A stretch of 37,883 nt of DNA from a virus (lineage: Duplodnaviria; Caudoviricetes), in the IMG/VR virus record IMGVR_UViG_3300047561_001521, positions 1 through 37,883 of that record; one strand, written 5' to 3'. Position numbers and translations under genes: made by a program. Positions 14,516 to 23,270 of this stretch are shown here, piece after piece. Under the pieces are notes generated by a model. It had not been told where the DNA came from and did not search any database. It worked only from the letters and a program-made list of their open reading frames with translations. Positions within the stretch are counted from its first letter, which is position 1. Every line of letters starts with the position of its first letter.

Positions 14516-15988
14516 TCAAGCTCTTTGCTTTCTGGCCTCCGCAATGTTACTGGCCCATGCTGTCGGATTATTTGCGCCAATGCTTAATGCAATAGCAAAC
14601 AGTTCTTCGTATGTTTGCGCGTTATACCTATCTTTAATTAAACGTGCTGAAAGCATGTGCCTGGCCCAGCCAGCGGGATCCTTGTAATTTCTGTTCTTTC
14701 CAAGCTGTAGTAAATCATTGAATGATCTTGCCTGTGACTGTTCCTGTTTTTTCTTTTCTTTTTCTGCTTTTTCCAGTGCTTTTAGATCAACATCTTCCAG
14801 CGTTCCATCAACTTCTTCGGTTGGTCCACGCGCAGCAACATGATAAACATGTCCACAAAACGGACAGATTGGTGCTGGTATATGGCAATTAAGACAATTT
14901 GGGCATTCCCGTATCTGGACTGGATTTTCTTTTTTCTTTCTTGCCTTTTTACCTTCCAGTGACCATTCACGCTCCATCAATGGTGAGCCATGCTCCTTTA
15001 GGTTGCCGGCATGATCTGCAATAATTAAATGAGTTTTTCCTTCGCATGTTCTCAAGCCCCTGCCTACTGCCTGGAGGTAAAAAGTCAAGGATTTTGAGTG
15101 TCTCAAAAAACCAATATATTGAATGTTTGGTGCGTCAACGCCAGCAACCCATAAACCACAATTTGCAACTATATCCAGGCTGCCAGACCTTATACCCTCA
15201 AGCGCTTCACGTCGATGTGATTTTGGTGACTCGCCCGAAATAGCCATAGACCTATAACCAGCATTCGCAAATGCCTCTGCTACATCTTCTGCGTGTTGAA
15301 TGTTTTGGCAAAACATCACCCCCGGCCTTCCGTGCCCGTGCTCTCGGTAATGATCAACACTGTTGCCAACAATTTTTGGTTTACTAAAAAATTCTTCTAT
15401 TTCTTGCTCTGTAAGCGCATCTGAATTGAAATTCCCCAAGCCCGGTGTCAAATATCTTATGGGTGCCAGTAACCCTTCCTGAACTAATTCACCTGTTGAG
15501 CACGTTGGAATAATATCATCAAACAATTCCCCAAGTCCTTTTCCGTCCAGTCTTTCAGCGGTTCCCGTAAGCCCCAAAAGGAGAGGACTTCCGACTGATT
15601 CAATTACTTTTTTGTATGTATTTGCCACTGCCAAATGACATTCATCAATAATAATTAAATCAGGCTTTGGAAGGTCATCACGACGCACAGCCGTTTGAAC
15701 ACTTACTATTTGAACGTGTTTTCCGTATTGTCTACTGCATTGCGAAGCAATAAATCCGTGTGGTATTCCCTGTGACTGTAAACGTGCTGAAGTATCCTCC
15801 AGGATTTCTTGGAGGTGTGCTAAAAACCATACTTTTTTATTTTTTTGTATTGAGTTACGAATAATTACGCTTGCAACTGCCGTTTTTCCAAAACCAGTTG
15901 GTGCGACAAGGATTGGCGCTCTTTTTTGGCTTGAATAAGATTCCCTGAGGTCTTCAATTGCTTTAAGTTGTCGTGGCCTGAGTTGCAT
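14516..15988 (-). CDS. Superfamily II (DExH) helicase with C-terminal Zn ribbon
   Basis: LRPRQ, APTGFGKT, IIIDECH, LTGT, GVDAP, QAVGRGLR, CPNC..CPFCG. Confidence 0.93.
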   Translation of the reverse strand: MQLRPRQLKAIEDLRESYSSQKRAPILVAPTGFGKTAVASVIIRNSIQKNKKVWFLAHLQEILEDTSARLQSQGIPHGFIASQCSRQYGKHVQIVSVQTAVRRDDLPKPDLIIIDECHLAVANTYKKVIESVGSPLLLGLTGTAERLDGKGLGELFDDIIPTCSTGELVQEGLLAPIRYLTPGLGNFNSDALTEQEIEEFFSKPKIVGNSVDHYREHGHGRPGVMFCQNIQHAEDVAEAFANAGYRSMAISGESPKSHRREALEGIRSGSLDIVANCGLWVAGVDAPNIQYIGFLRHSKSLTFYLQAVGRGLRTCEGKTHLIIADHAGNLKEHGSPLMEREWSLEGKKARKKKENPVQIRECPNCLNCHIPAPICPFCGHVYHVAARGPTEEVDGTLEDVDLKALEKAEKEKKKQEQSQARSFNDLLQLGKNRNYKDPAGWARHMLSARLIKDRYNAQTYEELFAIALSIGANNPTAWASNIAEARKQRA

Positions 15989-16026
15989 AATGTTTTTTCG
16001 GCCCTTCTATTGTATCACATTCTGTT

Positions 16027-16075
16027 GTTAAGAATTATCACTGTTTTTGGATTTTGGCGCCATGCGTCGTATTAT
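16027..16075 (+). promoter_or_regulatory. Putative promoter of the recombination operon
   Basis: GTTAAGAA-TT-ATCACT, then TATTAT at 16070, in the divergent intergenic region. Confidence 0.5.
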
Positions 16076-16096
16076 TTTTTGTCCACCACAAATTAA

Positions 16097-16960
16097 ATGG
16101 ACTACCACGACCACCCAGCTTATTCATCCTCCAAGATAAAGTCATTTGCCACATCCACAGGTCTTTCCTACTGGGCGAGGCATGAAGATCCCTTGCGGGT
16201 GCCATTCCTGCCCTCTGAGCCAATGCGACAGGGCTCCTTGGTGGATTGCCTGCTAACGCAAGAACACAAATTCTTGAAAAAATATGCAGTCATCCCAGAG
16301 GAAGCACCCAAAAAACCTACAAAAGCGCAGCTTAGAGTAAAAAACCAATCACTTGAAACTGTTGCTGCTATTAACTGGTGGAGCAAGTGGAACCTTGAAA
16401 ATCAATGCAAGGAAGTAATTTCAAGGGAGTGGGAGTTAAACGCAAAAAACATTGCAGAAGTTCTCAGGTCCGACCCGGAGATTGCGCCTTTGATTGAATG
16501 TCCGTCCCAATCGCCTCATTTTTGGTTTGATGATCAATTAAGTGTTGATTGTCGATACATGCCAGATTTTGAAAACGAAGATACTGTTGACCTTAAACAG
16601 TCAAATTCAGCAAATCCAAGAAAATTTCAGGGCCGTGCTTATTTTGATTTTGCCTACGATATTCAATGCGCCCATTATCGTGAAGGTCGCCTTAGTCGGA
16701 GCGGTTCATATCCAAAGCGTGTGATCCTGCTTGCATATGAATGGAAATATCCTTACAACCGATCCGTAAACATTTTAAGTGATGAAGATTTGCTTGAGGG
16801 ATATAGGCGCCGTGAAGAAGCGATTTTAGGGATTGAAGAATGTAGAAAAAATAATCACTGGCCGTCTTATGGTACTGTAATAACAAAAATGCCAAGACAC
16901 AGTTACAATGTTGAAAGCGAAAACGATTTAGATGAACTTGATTTGGAGGGACTGGAATGA
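16097..16960 (+). CDS. RecE/exonuclease VIII-like PD-(D/E)XK exonuclease (DUF3799-like)
   Basis: DYH..PAYSSS.IK, M.QGS, CRYMPD...VDLK, YDIQ.AHY, C.....WP.Y. Confidence 0.85.
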   Translation: MDYHDHPAYSSSKIKSFATSTGLSYWARHEDPLRVPFLPSEPMRQGSLVDCLLTQEHKFLKKYAVIPEEAPKKPTKAQLRVKNQSLETVAAINWWSKWNLENQCKEVISREWELNAKNIAEVLRSDPEIAPLIECPSQSPHFWFDDQLSVDCRYMPDFENEDTVDLKQSNSANPRKFQGRAYFDFAYDIQCAHYREGRLSRSGSYPKRVILLAYEWKYPYNRSVNILSDEDLLEGYRRREEAILGIEECRKNNHWPSYGTVITKMPRHSYNVESENDLDELDLEGLE

Positions 16961-17517
16961 ATTACGATGAACTTTATCCAGGTCGTTTTTTGAAAGCCGG
17001 TTTAATCCCTGGTGGAATTTGCACTTACACAATCAAATCTGTTTACAGGGATGATATTGAGCAAAATAGCAAAAAATCTGTTATTATGACTTTTGGCGAG
17101 ATTGATTATCAATATGTTCTCCCCAAGATTAACGCAGCAACAATTGCTCATATTTTTGGTAAAAATACCAAGGATTGGATTGGTAAACAAATTACGCTAT
17201 ACACCACAAACAAAATAATGCCATTTCCAAGTCGCCCACAAGAAGCAGTAATTAGAATTTACGGTTTTCCAATACTTACTGCACCAGTTAAATTTGCGTG
17301 GCAACCATCCTCGCCAGCCGGTAAGCCCAAAAGGCGTGAAATCACCCAAACCCTTGCCCCTACAGGTGCACTGACTACCGCAATTCAGGAAATTCGTTCT
17401 AGGCCGCCCGAGCACTTTCCCCAGCTTCACCCTTGGATTGCGCAATTGGAGTCCGATGGTTTCATTACGAACGCTGAGGCGTCCCTGCTGTTTCAGTTGA
17501 TGAACTCGCTCTCCTGA
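16957..17517 (+). CDS. Hypothetical protein, candidate ssDNA-binding/annealing partner of the exonuclease
   Basis: ATGA-coupled to the exonuclease; YPGRFLKA, INA..I..IFG..T.DWIGK.ITLY motifs. Confidence 0.65.
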   Translation: MNYDELYPGRFLKAGLIPGGICTYTIKSVYRDDIEQNSKKSVIMTFGEIDYQYVLPKINAATIAHIFGKNTKDWIGKQITLYTTNKIMPFPSRPQEAVIRIYGFPILTAPVKFAWQPSSPAGKPKRREITQTLAPTGALTTAIQEIRSRPPEHFPQLHPWIAQLESDGFITNAEASLLFQLMNSLS

Positions 17518-17585
17518 TTGTCGCTTTTATTCGCAACCGTGCTATTGTACGGACGGACCACAGCCATTTTTACCAGCCAGTACCA

Positions 17586-17981
17586 ATGTCCAAGCCTTTT
17601 GAACCGATTACACCCGACGAAGCATCCAGCCTGACCCTTGTTCGGGCAAGTTCCGTCAAAACCAGTGCATTTATTGAATCCTTGAATGCTCTTGCAATTG
17701 GCGAATGCCTTTTCGTCCCCACTTCAGTCAAAGATGGCGACGAAAAATACAAGAAATCCAACGTTCAGCAAATTGTCGCAAAGGTTAACAAGGGATTTAC
17801 CGATCGCAAACTACGCTGTGAAACGGTTTCAAAATCTGATGGAACTATCGGCGTAAAAATTCAATCCACCGTGCGCTATCCTGACGAAGACTCCAAGCCT
17901 AAAGTCGGTCGCCCTCCTGGAAGCAAGTCCGCTCGTAAAAGCACCCGCAAAGCAGCCGAAATCGAAGCGCCAATCGAATGA
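17586..17981 (+). CDS. Putative DNA-binding protein with an AT-hook-like tail
   Basis: L.IGE..FVP core and basic C-terminal KPKVGRPPGSKSARK. Confidence 0.6.
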   Translation: MSKPFEPITPDEASSLTLVRASSVKTSAFIESLNALAIGECLFVPTSVKDGDEKYKKSNVQQIVAKVNKGFTDRKLRCETVSKSDGTIGVKIQSTVRYPDEDSKPKVGRPPGSKSARKSTRKAAEIEAPIE

Positions 17982-18457
17982 CATTCACCCGCATTAACGG
18001 ATCACTATTTCAAGACAATCCCCAGCAACGGCTAGGCGATCGTTTTGATCCCAGCAAAAACTACCCTCATTACTCGGGGGTGGTTTCAATGAAGCTGGAG
18101 GAAGCAATGGCGCTGGTGGATTATTTGTCCACCGCCACGCCGAACGATAAAGGCGAGGTCAACATTCGATTGGCCGGCTGGAATCGAACCTCGCAAGGTT
18201 CTGGCCAGTGGTTTTTGTCACTGGCCCTAAGTCCCGACCGGCAAAACGTCTCGCAGCAGGCCCCCGCCGGCCTGCCGCCTGGCGTGGCCCCTGCTGGGTA
18301 CGCTCAGCCTCCGGCCCCGGCTTTCGCTGGGTACGCTCAGCCTCCGGCCCCGGCTCCCGCTGGGTACGCTCAGCCTCCGGCCCCGGCTCGGGCGTGGCAG
18401 ACTGCTCAGCCAAGTCCGCAAAACGCTCCAAACTCGCAAGACTTTATTCCGTTTTAG
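17978..18457 (+). CDS. Single-stranded DNA-binding protein (cyanophage type)
   Basis: Compact N-terminal domain, Pro/Ala/Gln-rich linker, terminal DFIPF typical of SSB tails. Confidence 0.7.
   Translation: MTFTRINGSLFQDNPQQRLGDRFDPSKNYPHYSGVVSMKLEEAMALVDYLSTATPNDKGEVNIRLAGWNRTSQGSGQWFLSLALSPDRQNVSQQAPAGLPPGVAPAGYAQPPAPAFAGYAQPPAPAPAGYAQPPAPARAWQTAQPSPQNAPNSQDFIPF
18293..18388. repeat. 33-bp-period coding tandem repeat x3 (AGYAQPPAPAx)
   Basis: Identical 30-mers GCTGGGTACGCTCAGCCTCCGGCCCCGGCT at 18293, 18326 and 18359. Confidence 0.95.
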
Positions 18458-18503
18458 TTTGATTTAATGCGTGTTTTGGCGGCTCGCAACCGCCACCCTT
18501 GTT

Positions 18504-18977
18504 ATGGAAATTTATTTCAATTCAATTTCGCTTGGAAAAAAAATTCAGATTTCCGAGGTCAAATTACTCTCACAGGACAAAGTAGATACACTGCATACTG
18601 AATTACTTGCTGTAATTTGCGGGTTACAAGAATTTCTTGCAAGTGAAACGCCAGATGTTATTGGCGATGTAATGCGTGATCATATTATAAATAAGCAACG
18701 TGCAAAAACAAAACTTCGCACTGCAATTGTTTTTAGGGAAAAACTTGCCCTGCTTTTAAGCCCAACAAAAGTTGAGCGCAGTAATGCAAAGCAACAGAAT
18801 TATTTTAATTCGTTGTTGCAAGGGCAATTCCTGAAAGCACTTGAATCGGAAGGTTTTGACGAGTCAGACCGAAATAGTATTTTGGCGGAATGCTTTAAAA
18901 ATGCCTCCGACAAATACAACCTGTGGATTACCGAGTCCGGCCATGAACGTTTTTTTGATCCCTTAAAAAATGCTTGA
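18504..18977 (+). CDS. Hypothetical protein
   Basis: ATG start MEIYFNS chosen. Confidence 0.7.
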   Translation: MEIYFNSISLGKKIQISEVKLLSQDKVDTLHTELLAVICGLQEFLASETPDVIGDVMRDHIINKQRAKTKLRTAIVFREKLALLLSPTKVERSNAKQQNYFNSLLQGQFLKALESEGFDESDRNSILAECFKNASDKYNLWITESGHERFFDPLKNA

Positions 18978-19099
18978 ACCAACTGCAATTGAAGTTATTG
19001 TTTTTTTTCATTGTCTATCTATCTTTTTTGATGATTGTCATATATTTTGCCTTAAATATGAAATGACCTATCCTGCCAACAACCACTAAAACAATTTCA

Positions 19100-19729
19100 A
19101 TGACTTCAACTATCCCAGCCACAGTTAACGAACTTCTTGATTACTGGCCAGGGAATATTCCTTTCAAAGGAAGCCTTATCAGTGACGACGGTTGTATGTG
19201 CGCCCAGGGCCAAGCGCTTCATTTCTTGAATGGATTAAGCCCCGACGAATTACGCAAACTAGGTCAGTGGGAGGCCGATAGAAAAGTAGCTGAAATCTTT
19301 GGCATTAGCATCGCTCATTCGGTTTTACTTAGGATGGTCAATGATTCTCGGGGTGGGGCGCCTTCTGTTGTCATTCGTAATCCCGAAAAGATTTTAGGTG
19401 ATCAAACGCAAGTGATTTTGGCCTTTTGGCGTCACATCGACACAATTTCCTTGGCGGACTGGGAGGCGCTAGGGTCAGGGGTCGTGTACGCGGCTGGGGA
19501 GCTGGCCAAGGAAGCCGCTTGGGAAGCGGCTGGGGAGCTGGCCGGACAGAGGGCCAGGGCAGTGGCCTCTACGGTGCCGAATTGTGAAGCCGGCAGAGCG
19601 GTGGCTGGGGCCACAAACGAAATCCAAGGCGCTGCAATTATGCGTGCCAATAACCAGCCATTCCTTTTCTTGCCGCTGTTTGGTTTTGCTACCCCAGAAA
19701 ATGTGATTGAAGCGGAGACGGGAAAATGA
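19100..19729 (+). CDS. Hypothetical phage protein with an Ala-rich segment
   Basis: 209 aa; CMCAQG motif and AAWEAA-type repeats. Confidence 0.8.
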   Translation: MTSTIPATVNELLDYWPGNIPFKGSLISDDGCMCAQGQALHFLNGLSPDELRKLGQWEADRKVAEIFGISIAHSVLLRMVNDSRGGAPSVVIRNPEKILGDQTQVILAFWRHIDTISLADWEALGSGVVYAAGELAKEAAWEAAGELAGQRARAVASTVPNCEAGRAVAGATNEIQGAAIMRANNQPFLFLPLFGFATPENVIEAETGK

Positions 19730-20118
19730 ACATGCCCACGAAGCAGGAAATTGACGACTGGCACGAAGAATGCGCAGTCGATGCCCGCAGGCCGGAAAGC
19801 AGCATTGGCTTCTGGCCGTTTGAGGTAGGTGGCGACGATTTGGCGGAAATCGTTGTAACTGCCTTGTCCCGCTGGGGTAGCCTTGCCACCTCACTAACGC
19901 CGGAGTCCGGGGAGGTGCCGGTGCCGGTGGCTGAGCGGTTGCCGGAGCCAGGGGATTGCGATGTGGAGGGGAGGTGTTGGTGGTCTACACCCCCCGCCTG
20001 CGGGCCTCACAGGATCCGCCCGTGCTGGACATTCGACTCGGAAATTATGGAGGGTGACACCCACTGGCTGCCCGCCCACGCCATCCCACTGCCCCAGGCC
20101 GGGGAGGTGCAGCCATGA
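19726..20118 (+). CDS. Cyanophage accessory protein (DUF551-like PVxERLP...THWLP)
   Basis: PVAERLP..DCD.EGRCW...THWLP.HAIPLP; ATGA overlaps. Confidence 0.75.
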   Translation: MNMPTKQEIDDWHEECAVDARRPESSIGFWPFEVGGDDLAEIVVTALSRWGSLATSLTPESGEVPVPVAERLPEPGDCDVEGRCWWSTPPACGPHRIRPCWTFDSEIMEGDTHWLPAHAIPLPQAGEVQP

Positions 20119-20429
20119 GCGCCATTCCGCCGCACATCGCCATCAGCTGGCAGCCCAAGACTAGGTACGAGCCATTGAAGCGCGACACGCCCCCAGCTCC
20201 CGAGGAATCCTCGGCACCTCAGCCCACCCCCGCCGACCGCCTGGCCCTGGCGATGTGCGATGCCAGCAGCGACATAGGCCCGTGCGCCGAGGCGTGTGAG
20301 GACTGCCGGTTCCTGGCCACCGCCGTCACCGCCGAGCTGGCCACCATCCTGCGGGAGCGCTACGGCTCCAGCGTCGTAGCCGATTGGTTGGATGGCATAA
20401 CCCACCCCAATAGCAAAATCAATGATTGA
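20115..20429 (+). CDS. Hypothetical protein with a Cys cluster (C..AC.DC)
   Basis: ATGA overlap; GC-rich codon usage. Confidence 0.7.
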   Translation: MSAIPPHIAISWQPKTRYEPLKRDTPPAPEESSAPQPTPADRLALAMCDASSDIGPCAEACEDCRFLATAVTAELATILRERYGSSVVADWLDGITHPNSKIND

Positions 20430-20607
20430 CTTTTATATCAATCCCGAAGCCGGAAGAATTGGTCCCTTTTGGTGGGTTAATGCAAACACACAAAAAGTAA
20501 AAGTAGCTAACTGGCTCTGGACCGGCTCCGTTCATTATGTATGGCGCCCCGGCTGTTCCGGCTGGGGTTTTTCGGGTAATTTCTATTGGAGGATTATCTC
20601 TCAATAA
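20422..20607 (+). CDS. Trp/Gly-rich small hypothetical protein
   Basis: 61 aa, overlaps the upstream stop. Confidence 0.55.
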   Translation: MIDFYINPEAGRIGPFWWVNANTQKVKVANWLWTGSVHYVWRPGCSGWGFSGNFYWRIISQ

Positions 20608-20714
20608 TCACTATTAAAAAATGTGCAATTACACGCATTTATCATTCCGTGTCTTAAAACTTAATAAGAATTACGCTTGAACTTGCTACACTAAAACCGT
20701 CGTCACCCCAAACA

Positions 20715-21014
20715 ATGAAACTTTCAAATCAAATTTCCGAATACATTAATGGAACCGAGGCGATTGGCGAACCGCTTTTTCAAAAAGTCTTTCTTGCTGG
20801 TGTTCGGTACGGATACGTTAATTCCGAAATCATGGATGAACCACAATCTAACCCGAACCCCGATATTAAAAAATCCATTGACTTGATCAAATTGATTCAG
20901 GGTCGTCGAATACTTTGGGATCTTTCCGACCTTGATATTATCACGGAAACACTTGAATCCCTTCGGCCCCCAATCCTGGATGACGAATTGGAAGCCGCGT
21001 ATCGCAGCATCTAA
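20715..21014 (+). CDS. Hypothetical protein
   Basis: 99 aa ATG ORF after TACACT. Confidence 0.65.
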   Translation: MKLSNQISEYINGTEAIGEPLFQKVFLAGVRYGYVNSEIMDEPQSNPNPDIKKSIDLIKLIQGRRILWDLSDLDIITETLESLRPPILDDELEAAYRSI

Positions 21015-21089
21015 TTTTTGCAATTCCATGAACTCTGGAGACTAAATCTCCAGAGTTTTCTGTATTTTTGTTGAACTTCCTGACCGCAG

Positions 21090-21386
21090 ATGATTAGAAT
21101 TGACAACCTGTCCAGCGTCCGCCCTGTAATGAACGAAAAAGAAAAATATGTATTTGATGTTTTAACTTCTGGACTGTCAGGGGCTGAGCTGGCCAGGAAA
21201 TATGGCAAAACAAGGGCGGCAATTAGTCTGGTTAAACTAGGAAAAAGTCACGTCAATACACTACCAGAACTGTCTAGGCCGCGTTCATGTAAAAAATGTA
21301 TTCATTGGCTGCGAGAATCGTGTGGATATGGATTTCCCGAAGCGATTGACGAAAATTTTGCCACATACTGCAATGTATATCAATAG
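21090..21386 (+). CDS. HTH protein with a C-terminal four-Cys domain
   Basis: SGAELARKYGKTRAAISLVKLGK HTH; CKKC...C...FPE...C. Confidence 0.75.
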   Translation: MIRIDNLSSVRPVMNEKEKYVFDVLTSGLSGAELARKYGKTRAAISLVKLGKSHVNTLPELSRPRSCKKCIHWLRESCGYGFPEAIDENFATYCNVYQ

Positions 21387-21561
21387 TGCTGCAAAATGGT
21401 CATTTGGTGTTCATCCGTCAGTCTATGGTATTGATACTTTTTTTCTTCCATGGTTTTTTACTGGTTTTGTGGTTTACTGGGGGGATCCGTGCTCTAATTC
21501 CGAGTCGGCCCTTAAACTAGCGGAACAGATGATGACAATTTTTCGCAATGGCAACACTTAG
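21373..21561 (+). CDS. Hypothetical protein
   Basis: Start MYINSAAK chosen; overlaps neighbours. Confidence 0.6.
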   Translation: MYINSAAKWSFGVHPSVYGIDTFFLPWFFTGFVVYWGDPCSNSESALKLAEQMMTIFRNGNT

Positions 21562-21871
21562 ATTTCACTCCGGCAGGATGATGCTTTTGGAGCGCTTTGA
21601 CGGATGGGCTGTAAGAATAAAATGCAATGATGAAATAACTATTGTCGAACTTGATTCAAAATCACTAAATGATGCAATACTTGAAGCGGAACAAATTTAT
21701 AGTGATGCAAGAACAATTTTAAGTGGAACGGCAAATTGTTTTCAGTGTGTTTTTTGGTTGCCAGAATCTGGCGAATGTTTTATGGAGTTTCCCGAGGGCA
21801 GAAAGACTGGGGGCCGCTATGCTAGTAAATGCCCAGTTTTCAAGCATGACAAAAATAACAAAAAATGCTGA
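21548..21871 (+). CDS. Hypothetical protein with a C-terminal four-Cys domain
   Basis: CFQCVFW...C...FPE...A..C. Confidence 0.75.
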   Translation: MATLRFHSGRMMLLERFDGWAVRIKCNDEITIVELDSKSLNDAILEAEQIYSDARTILSGTANCFQCVFWLPESGECFMEFPEGRKTGGRYASKCPVFKHDKNNKKC

Positions 21872-22028
21872 TGGCACAACTATTCAGCATATCGAAAGCC
21901 AAAATGGAGAAATTGAGTATTTGAGTCGTTTTGCTGACGGTAAACGTAGTAGATACAGCCCTGACTTATGGCAAGCCGAAATGTACTGCAGGGAGTTTAC
22001 GGTGCCAATCGTGCGCGATGCAGTCTAG
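21846..22028 (+). CDS. Hypothetical protein
   Basis: Start MTKITKNADG chosen; 3' end overlaps thyX convergently. Confidence 0.55.
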   Translation: MTKITKNADGTTIQHIESQNGEIEYLSRFADGKRSRYSPDLWQAEMYCREFTVPIVRDAV

Positions 22029-22728
22029 TTTTTTCATACCAGCTCGCAATTTCCGGTGCCCAAAATTGTAAATGGGGCCACATCAAATCACAAAGCTGTC
22101 TGATTTCCTCCTGGGCATCCAGTTTGGCACGAAGATCTAGAAAGTGCAGAAAGGCCCGCAAACTGAAACTCACCACAAAGTGTTGGCGATAATCAAAGGG
22201 AAGCATTCCTCTAGCGTGTTCCTCCGCAGCGCCATCACGAATCATCACTTCATACCTTTTGGCCGACTCCAAGCAATACAGCAAATCGTCCGACCTTTTC
22301 TGTTCAGTATATGTATATTTTCCACCCTTCCTGTCAAGATACTCACCAACCGGCCTAAGGTAAAACACCGTTTCAATGTCAATTTCCTTTTTCGCTGCTT
22401 TTAGGATTCGTTCTCCCGTGTAGCGCATCGACTGAACATCAAAGCTCACGCCCACCCGGTGGGTGCGGGCCTGTTGCATCACCGAATGGGGGAACCAGCC
22501 CACGTTTAGCGTGGTCTGGGGGTGCTCCAAGGGTCCGTAGTGGCCCCGCTCCCCCGCCAGCAGCCGTTTGACACAGATGGCGCCGGCCTGGCTTTCGTCC
22601 GGCCAGTCGGCCCGATCGGCCACCACGAAGCCCTCGCTGTAGTCCTGGTGCATTGCAGCATAAATACAACGCTGTGGATTTGGCGTCGCCGCAATACGTT
22701 CAACACGAAACAGTTGATCCATGATCAA
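21997..22728 (-). CDS. thyX: FAD-dependent thymidylate synthase
   Basis: GHYGPLEH, QARTHRVGVSFDVQSMRY (ThyX motif, cyanobacterial type), E.AR..LP, LHFLDLR...AQ.EIR. Confidence 0.96.
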   Translation of the reverse strand: MIMDQLFRVERIAATPNPQRCIYAAMHQDYSEGFVVADRADWPDESQAGAICVKRLLAGERGHYGPLEHPQTTLNVGWFPHSVMQQARTHRVGVSFDVQSMRYTGERILKAAKKEIDIETVFYLRPVGEYLDRKGGKYTYTEQKRSDDLLYCLESAKRYEVMIRDGAAEEHARGMLPFDYRQHFVVSFSLRAFLHFLDLRAKLDAQEEIRQLCDLMWPHLQFWAPEIASWYEKTRLHRARLAP

Positions 22729-23246
22729 GCGACCTCCCAGGACTGATGAACGGTTCGATGGTTGTTGTAGTGACCAATTTCACTGTATTTTAGTACAGGT
22801 GTTCCGCAAAGCATGTGAAAAACCATTTGACCAATTTTTAGGCCGGGATAGATTGCAATTGCGTGATACTGGCGGATATTTTTCAGCTCAAGAGTGAGCT
22901 TACTGCCGCTCCAAAGTGGATCGCAAAATCCGGCTAGAAGGTGTTGAAGCCCTTCTCTTGCCCTGGAAGATTTCAAAACAAATTGACCGGCAATATCCGC
23001 AGGTATGTTAAAAATTGGCTCAGCGTCGGCTAACACAAACTGACCAGGCTTAAGCATGTATGGTGACTCTTTTGAATACATGACAAATGGTTCAATTTGC
23101 ATGTGTGGCTGCTCTTTTGATTCAGTCATTAGCCCCGTGCCAAGCCTGAGATCATAAGAAGCTGGGTTAAGCAATTTTTTGTCAAATGGATCAATCATTT
23201 TGTACTGTTCGCACAAATGCTGAATTTCAAAATCTGGAAGAATCAT
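22725..23246 (-). CDS. dcd: dCTP deaminase
   Basis: MILPD..I, NPASYDLRLG, KSSRAREG, AGFCDP, LTLEL.N, IGQMVF. Confidence 0.92.
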   Translation of the reverse strand: MILPDFEIQHLCEQYKMIDPFDKKLLNPASYDLRLGTGLMTESKEQPHMQIEPFVMYSKESPYMLKPGQFVLADAEPIFNIPADIAGQFVLKSSRAREGLQHLLAGFCDPLWSGSKLTLELKNIRQYHAIAIYPGLKIGQMVFHMLCGTPVLKYSEIGHYNNHRTVHQSWEVA

Positions 23247-23270
23247 TCACGATTGCTCAACCAGTAAATT

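Noticed and set aside
18293-18388. CRISPR mini-array or DGR repeat
   Set aside because: Only 3 nt between repeats, in frame within SSB; no reverse transcriptase in the window
18159-20405. Alternative-frame and antisense ORFs in GC-rich patches
   Set aside because: Explained by stop-codon scarcity at high GC; the ATGA-coupled plus-strand chain is the coherent reading
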